The notes under the pieces were generated by a model. The model ran no database searches. It was not told the DNA's origin and worked only from the letters and a program-made list of their open reading frames with translations. From the human T2T-CHM13v2.0 reference genome, Homo sapiens: a stretch of 64,000 bases of DNA. Every line of letters starts with the position of its first letter. Within the stretch, counting starts at the first letter, position 1. Shown here one piece after another: positions 57,351-64,000 of this stretch. The DNA lies in NCBI GenBank assembly GCA_009914755.4, contig CP068257.2:14656001-14720000 (forward strand). The letters are read 5' to 3'. The position numbers and the translations under genes are program-made.

Positions 57351-58204
57351 TTAAAAGAGTAGTTCCCCGCCTTTCTATAAGATCACGTTAATATAATCAG
57401 AGACTCCACTTCCAACAGGATGATGAAAATATATGTTTATTTGTTTTAAGCTGGATTTCTAATGTTTGCATAAATGAGTAACCTTGAGGAAAATAGCATT
57501 ACTATTCATTCTCCTTTTTCTTCTTATTATTTTTTTCTGTTTTGAAAGCTGGAAATAAGCCTCAGACATAGCCTTCCCTTCTAGGTTTTCTTAAATGGCT
57601 GTATGTTAGCACATCTTTATCTACAAAAGTAGATTTAGGAAATTAATAACCCAATTAACATTGTAAATTAAAGGTGGTAACACACTTGTTCAAATCTGGA
57701 TTGATTCTAAGTCTCAGACACTTAAATTTAGAGATTTTGGCAAGAACCACCAAGTGGCTGAAATAAATGAAGAAAACAGGAACAGTGCCAATTAGAACAC
57801 TGGAAGAAACCCAGAATTCAGTCATTTAATGAAGTGTTTAATATTGCAGAGCATGTTATTGTGATATATTTTATGTCAAAGTGCTAAATATATTTGATCA
57901 TTTCAAATGATCTCTGCCACCATTTTATAAAGTGTTCATGTTTGGAACACTCATTTCACCATACATATTTGTAGGTTCTGTAAAATTTGAAGCCATTAAT
58001 TAAGATTGCTAATTTTAAATGAAGTATTTTTCCCAGCTTATTATACTTTCTAATCTAAACCTCATATAAACTAAGAAATAGACCCAACTCCAAAATAATA
58101 TATTTAGAAAGCCAGTATATTTAGAATCCAAATATATGTTTATTGAACTAAATTTGACATTAATTTATGAACAAATTTGTGAATATGTGAAATATCCAGT
58201 TTTT

Positions 58205-60285
58205 TAAAGTTTTATTTTATTTAGAATTTTCACATAATTGTACATATTTATGAGGTACAGTGTGATATTTCAATGCATGTATACATTGTATAAGGATCAA
58301 ATCAAAGTAATTAGCATATCCATTACTTTAAACATTTGTTGTTTCTTTGTAGTGATAACATTAAAATCCTTTCTTGAAATATACAATACATTACTACTAG
58401 CTATAGTCACTCAACTGTGTGATAGAACACCCGAAATTATTGTTCCTAAGTGTAACTTTGTACCCTTTGACCAATCTCTTCCTATCTCCCCATGCTTTCC
58501 CCTCCCTAGCCTCTGGTAACCATTATGCCACTTTCTGCTTTTATGAGATCAACTATTTTAGATTCCTCATATGAGCGAGGTCATGTGGTGCTTGTCTTTC
58601 TGTACCTGTGTAATTTCATTTGTTATAATATCCTCCAGATTCATCCATGTTGCCACAAATGACAGGATTTTATTCTGCTTTATGGATGAATAGTATTGCA
58701 TTATGTATATTTACATATTTTTTTCTTCATTCATTCATAATTGGTCACTTAGGTTGATTTTATATCTTGGCTTTTGTGAATAGTGCTGCAATAAAAATGG
58801 AAGTGCAGAATCTCCTTGACATATTGATTTCCTTTCCTTTGACTATATATACCCAGTAATGAGATCGCTGAATCATTTGATAGTTTTCTTTTTAAGTTTT
58901 TGAGGAATCTCCATGTTGTTTTCCATAGTGGCTGTACTCAGTTACATTCTTACCAACAGTGTGTAACAGTTTCCCCTTCTCCACATTCTCATCAAATTTG
59001 TTAATTTTTATCTTATTGATTACAGCCATTCGAAGTGGGTTGAGGTAAATACTTTATTGTGGTTTTGATTTGCATTTTCCTGATGATTAGTGATGTTGAG
59101 CTATATATATATATAATGTTTATATATTATATATATTTATGTATATTATATATAATATTTATATATTATATATATTTATGTATTATATGTATTTATGTAT
59201 ATTATATATAATACTTATATATTACATATAATATTTATGTATATTATATATAATATTTATATATTATATATATTTATGTATATTATAGATAACCTAGAAA
59301 GATATATATTATATAATATATATAATCTTATATAAAATATATTATATATAATATTTATATATAATATATATTATATGTAAATATTATATATTATATATAA
59401 ATATTATATATTATATATAATATAATACATTTATTATATATTATATATATAATATAATTATTATATATGTTATATAATATATAATATAATATAATATATA
59501 ATATAATATATAATATAATATATAAATTATATATAATAATTTATATATAATATATAATATATATTAATATATTATATATAATATATAAATATAAATTATT
59601 TATATATTTTCCGATTGTATGTCTTCTTTTGGGAAATGTCTAGTCAGGTCTTTTGCCTATTTTTAATAGGGTTTTGTTGTTGTTGTTGTCGTTTTTCCTT
59701 TTTTTTTCTGTTGAGTTGTTCGAGTTGCTCATATTTTGGAAATTAGCACTTGTCAGATACGTAGTTTGCAAATACTTTCTCCCATTCTGTAGGTTGTTTC
59801 TTCACTCTATTGTTTCCTTAGCTGTGCAGAAGTTTTTAGTTTGATGTAATAGAATTTGTCTATTTGTGCTTTTATTTGTGCATTTGAGGTCTTATTCAAA
59901 AAATTATTGTCCAGACCAATGTCATGGGAGCTTTTCCTTAGTTTTCACCTGGTAGTTTAATAGTTGGGATCTTACATTTGCCTTCAATCCATTTTCATTT
60001 AATTTTTCTAAATGGTGAAAGATGAGGTCTAGTTTCACCCCACTGTCTGCATGTGGATATTTAGTTTTCCAGAGCCATTTATTGAAGAGACTGTCCTTTC
60101 CCTGATGTGTATTTTTTGGTGCCATTGTAGAAAATCAGTTGGCTGTAAATGTATGGATTTATTTCTGGGTTTTCTGTTTTGTTCCATTGTTGTATGTATC
60201 TATTTCTATGCCAGTACCATACTGTTTTGGTTACCATAACTTTGTAGTGCTTTTTGAAGTCAGGTAGTGTGATGAAATATCCAGG
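58205..60285 (-). mobile_element. L1 3' portion (ORF2 C-terminal region plus 3' UTR; older L1P/L1M-type), antisense, 5'-truncated, interrupted by the AT-rich tract at 59098-59608
   Basis: Reads as the reverse complement of L1: ...ccctccctagcctctggtaaccattatgccactttctgcttttatgagatcaactattttagattcctcatatgagcgaggtcatgtggtgcttgtctttctg...tttatggatgaatagtattgcattatgtat...cttggcttttgtgaatagtgctgcaataaaaatggaagtgcag...tatatacccagtaatgagatcgctg...ttttccatagtggctgtactcagttacattcttaccaacagtgtgtaacag...cattgtggttttgatttgcattttcctgatgattagtgatgttgagc. After the AT tract it continues ...atgtcttcttttgggaaatgtctagtcaggtcttttgcctatttttaataggg...ttgtcagatacgtagtttgcaaatactttctcccattctgtaggttgtttcttcactct...gctgtgcagaagtttttagtttgat...ccagtaccatactgttttggttaccataactttgtagtgctttttgaagtcaggtagtgtgatg. 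Confidence 0.85.
59098..59608. repeat. long (~510 bp) interrupted AT-rich microsatellite, (TA)n / (ATATAAT)n / (TATATTA)n family, embedded in the antisense L1
   Basis: ctatatatatatataatgtttatatattatatatatttatgtatattatatataatatttatatattatatata... continues without interruption to ...aatatataaatataaattatttatatatttt. It replaces the short T-rich stretch normally found at that L1 position. Confidence 0.9.
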
Positions 60286-60299
60286 TTTAGAAGGAAGTA

Positions 60300-60640
60300 A
60301 AAAGTAGAACACAGGATATTATGGACTGGGAAGGTTAGGAGAAAGGGAATGATAGAAAATTTTTAAAGACTATAAAAATACAACTAGACAGCAGGAATAA
60401 GTCCTAGGGTTCTATACCACAATAAGATGACTATAGTTATCAATAATATATTATATAATTTTAAATAGCAAAAAGGAGGAATGTTCCCAACAAAATGATA
60501 AATGCTTGAGATGTTGTATATGCTAATTACCCTGATCTGATCATTATACACTCTATGTATGTACACATCTCTATATACCTAATAAATATGTACAATTATG
60601 TTATTTTTAAAAATAAAATACAATAATAAAAAATCACATG
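60300..60640 (+). mobile_element. L1 3'-terminal fragment (sense), same L1P/L1M-type 3' UTR, with an A-rich tail
   Basis: ggactgggaaggttaggagaaagggaatgatagaaaatt...aagtcctagggttctataccacaataagatgactatagttatcaataatatattatataattttaaatagcaaaaaggaggaatgttcccaacaaaatgataaatgcttgagatgttgtatatgctaattaccctgatctgatcattatacactctatgtatgtacacatctctatatacctaataaatatgtacaattatgttatttttaaaaataaaatacaataataaaaaa. This matches the L1 3' end ...ccagaggctgggaaggggag...gactatagttaacaataatgtattgtatatttcaaaatagctaagagag...gttctcaccacaaagaaatgataaatgtttgaggtgatggatatgctaattaccctgatttgatcattacacattgtatacatgtattgaaatatcacactgtaccccataaatatgtacaattatt recalled from memory. Confidence 0.75.
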
Positions 60641-60877
60641 TAGCCCATAAATATATATAATTATTATGTATTGATAAAAAATTTTAAATAAAAAAATGGT
60701 ATTCACTATTTCTAGGTCTTAAAAAATTTTTTAAATGTTTAATTTTATAGAAAACCCAACAAAATATTTCTTCAAAAAATTTGAAATGACTATTTAATAT
60801 ATAGGTACAAAATATCTGATATATAATTCATGAGAACACCAGACACCAGTTTGACTTATAATTTGTCTTTCATATTC

Positions 60878-61193
<316 letters not shown>

Positions 61194-63820
61194 TCATATT
61201 CTTAATTCTATAACAATTACAACAATTCATGGTATGTTGTTATTAAAGTGAGTTTTATAGAGGAAGGCTGTTACAATATCTCATTTTTAACCCATGTATT
61301 ATATATAGTTATCGTTTTAATAGTAACTGAAAATAGGAAAGTTTAGATACATAAGTAAAGATGTGCACACACACATGCATACATTTATAAACTGCCTTTT
61401 CTTAAGTGAGAATTTCACATTTTCAAAAAAATAATTGTGTATGTAAGAGTTTTGTTTTTACCTTACTGTCAAGAGAGTTCGATCATTATCATCTGGACAA
61501 TGGGCTAAAATGTAGGAGTTGTTCTGTCTTATAATATCAGAAAAATAAAGGACCTATTTTATTTCATAGATGAATTAAAACACAAAAATATATTAATATA
61601 GTAGCATAATTTTACCAGGGGCCTGTTACTTTCTGAATTGGAGTATCTAAAGGAAATTTGGGGTACTGTGTTCTATTTACAAATGACTAGCAAGACTGAT
61701 TGCGGGATGAATGACCCTCCTTTATTCATGTGCTCTGTATAAAGGAGAATTTTGTCATTAATAATAATGATTGTAATACTGTGTGTTGAATGTAAACCAT
61801 CACTACTTTACACATTAAAACCTATCCTAATTTAATTAATACAATTAGCCATCGCTGCATCTTCAACAAAAAATTATAAAATTCTTATCTGGATTGATTA
61901 AATTTAGTTGAGCCCTTAATCCTGATCATTCTGCTTGTTTTTGATAAATAATTTGAAAATAAATTCAAATTCATTCAAATTACACCTTGATTTCAAGTAG
62001 GAATAGTTTAATAGTGTTCCAAAAAAAGGAATGTTAAACTATTGAGGTATTCTTGACAACTCTTAGAGCTGATGATAAGAAGGTTCATAGATAGGAAGGC
62101 AGGAATGACTTATTATTAAGTCATCTGAGTAAATCTGTCATTGAAACCTAACATAGCATAGTACAACTTTGAGCAAATCAAGACTCTGCTGAATGCCCTC
62201 AGTTGTAAAATAATAGTGTTGTACTTTACAATCACTGACTGAGCCCCATTTTAGTTCTTTCATAATTATTTTTGGAAATAGTGATTTTCATTTTGTTAAA
62301 AAAACACTATTGGCATGTATAACAAATAATTTATAATATCTTCCACAAAAGCTCTCACATTAACCCAAGGAAGGCATTGAACATGCAAATAAAATATAAT
62401 TCAAAGTCTGTGTTAAATCTTGAGACTCAAAGCTCCTATGTCCCAAATGTTTGGGTCTGTGACACATGGATTGTCAAATTCAGAATCAGAGTAATGTTTT
62501 GTACAACTAGTAGCTCCAGCACTGTTCCCTGTGGTCTCTGGATGGAAGAGGCAGTCAAACAGATGGGTCCTAATAGCCTTCTAAGACGTGAATCAAGGAG
62601 CCTCATCAGCAAGGCTGATGGTTGCCTTTTACATTATCCTTGTGATGAACAAAACCCTTGGGCCTGACTGGCAGCTTCTTCTTTACCTCCCTTCACTTCA
62701 AGGCTTTCCAGGATACAATTCCCAAAAGCCCTGAATGTACTCTTCCGCAGAGGGAAGGCTGTAGAAGTCTTTGCAAGCTTCATACAGAGAAATACAAAAG
62801 GTGTGATGCCATTAACTGGTCCTTTCTAAAGCATTAGGAATTTAGTGAAACTCTCAAACACAAAACTGAAAAGCCATTTGAACAAATCTCATATACTTGT
62901 AGATAAGCTTTTTTTTATTTAAAGCATACAAATTCAAATCTTTCAAGCAGAAAATTCAGTCAAGTGAGATCCATTGGTGGTTTGAGTTCAAAGTCAGTGA
63001 GCAAATGGAAATCATTGCGGCATCTCTCTCATTTCCCTAGTGGACATTAGACCACTCAAAATGTGTCACATAATTTACAGCCCCTTGGTAGTAATTGAAT
63101 ATACACGTTGAGAGTGCACTGGCAGAACACTTAAGAAAGATTGAATGCAGGAGGACCAGCTTACGTTATTTTTGGCTCTACTCTGGTTTTTGCTTTTAAT
63201 GTTTTTTCTTGAGATTAATTTCAATTGGGTTGTTCCATCCTATTCAAACAAATGCTTTGAGAGAAGAGATGAACAGCAGCATCAAATAAATTGTGATATT
63301 TAGTTTCAGAGACATCAGGTGTTGTAATCAAATAAGACAGAAGGACAAAGTAAAATCTGTGATTTGCCATAAATGAATTTAAGCTGTAAGAATAGCAGAA
63401 TTGAGAGGTAGATTAGCAATATGACTTTTGAACTATTATCTAAATGTAGGGTGAGATTTTCAAGATTTATTTTAATATATAACATTTTTGCTAATATTTA
63501 GGAAAACAAAGAATTTTGTAGTTAAAAGTGTGAAACATTAAAATTATCTGTCTTTAAATATTAATTATTCTAAATCTCTCTTTTGTGTATCTGTTACTAG
63601 ACACTTTTAATTCTTAGACACATATTTTATGAAGAGTTATTCTTAAAATGGTATGCTTTGTTTGCCAGTCAACATGGAATCTCCCTAGGTATAACCTTTA
63701 ATATTTAAGAGAATACAGATCAAAATAGTAGAGATTTCAACTTGATTTTATAAAGACGTCCAAGTATTCTGAACTTATAATAGGAAAATGAGTCCTGATA
63801 GAAATTGTCATTTGAAAATT

Positions 63821-63857
63821 TCCTTCCTTCTCCTCTTTCTCCTCCTCCTTCTTCCTC
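63821..63857. repeat. CT-rich homopyrimidine run
   Basis: tccttccttctcctctttctcctcctccttcttcctc. Confidence 0.85.
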
Positions 63858-63924
63858 AGAGCGAGTATGTGGTATCCACTGTGTACACGCACACAACATA
63901 AAAAAATGGAGGTCCGTGGTACAA

Positions 63925-63995
63925 TATGTGCATGTGTGTTTGTATGTGTGTGTGCATATATGTATACACACACGTATATATATATATACACAGAG
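63925..63995. repeat. mixed (TG)/(CA)/(TA) microsatellite-like low-complexity run, continuing past the window end
   Basis: atgtgcatgtgtgtttgtatgtgtgtgtgcatatatgtatacacacacgtatatatatatatacacag. Confidence 0.85.
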
Positions 63996-64000
63996 GTATA

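Noticed and set aside
57263-59608. Regularly spaced repeats as a possible CRISPR array
   Set aside because: These are a 3-unit minisatellite and AT-microsatellite sequence with no unique spacers between repeats. The genome is primate, where CRISPR arrays do not occur.
58205-60640. A single L1 insertion with a twin-priming 5' inversion
   Set aside because: Both the antisense and the sense segments contain the same terminal 3'-UTR region. A single twin-primed element contains the 3' terminus only once.

Overview
This window is primate, almost certainly human, nuclear DNA from an AT-rich, gene-poor stretch that looks intergenic or deep-intronic. It is not a prokaryotic, phage or plasmid locus, and I see no operon-like or defence-system-like architecture. 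The clearest evidence is 12 unmistakable Alu elements, one of them an AluYb8 (a subfamily that expanded in humans). The window also holds L1 3'-end fragments on both strands, two MaLR (THE1/MST-type) LTRs, a MIR-like remnant, and many simple AT-rich repeats such as (TG)n, (TA)n and (CTT)n. No ORF in the supplied track exceeds 159 aa. The longest ones fall inside Alu, L1 or ancient-repeat sequence or inside simple repeats, so I call no CDS, rRNA, tRNA or CRISPR array. Exons of an unknown gene cannot be excluded from sequence alone, but nothing has convincing exon character. I found no novel 'system'. The observations worth a second look are structural and population-genetic: a young AluYb8 with an intact target-site duplication (TSD); a perfect 101-bp x2 tandem duplication abutting an AluY; a closely spaced inverted Alu pair; back-to-back inverted L1 3' ends with an internal ~510-bp AT-rich expansion; a ~280-bp direct-repeat pair 1.9 kb apart; a ~1.2-kb patch with unusually retained CpGs; and a ~100-bp homopyrimidine tract. 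All coordinates were hand-counted from the printed sequence and may be off by a few bases.
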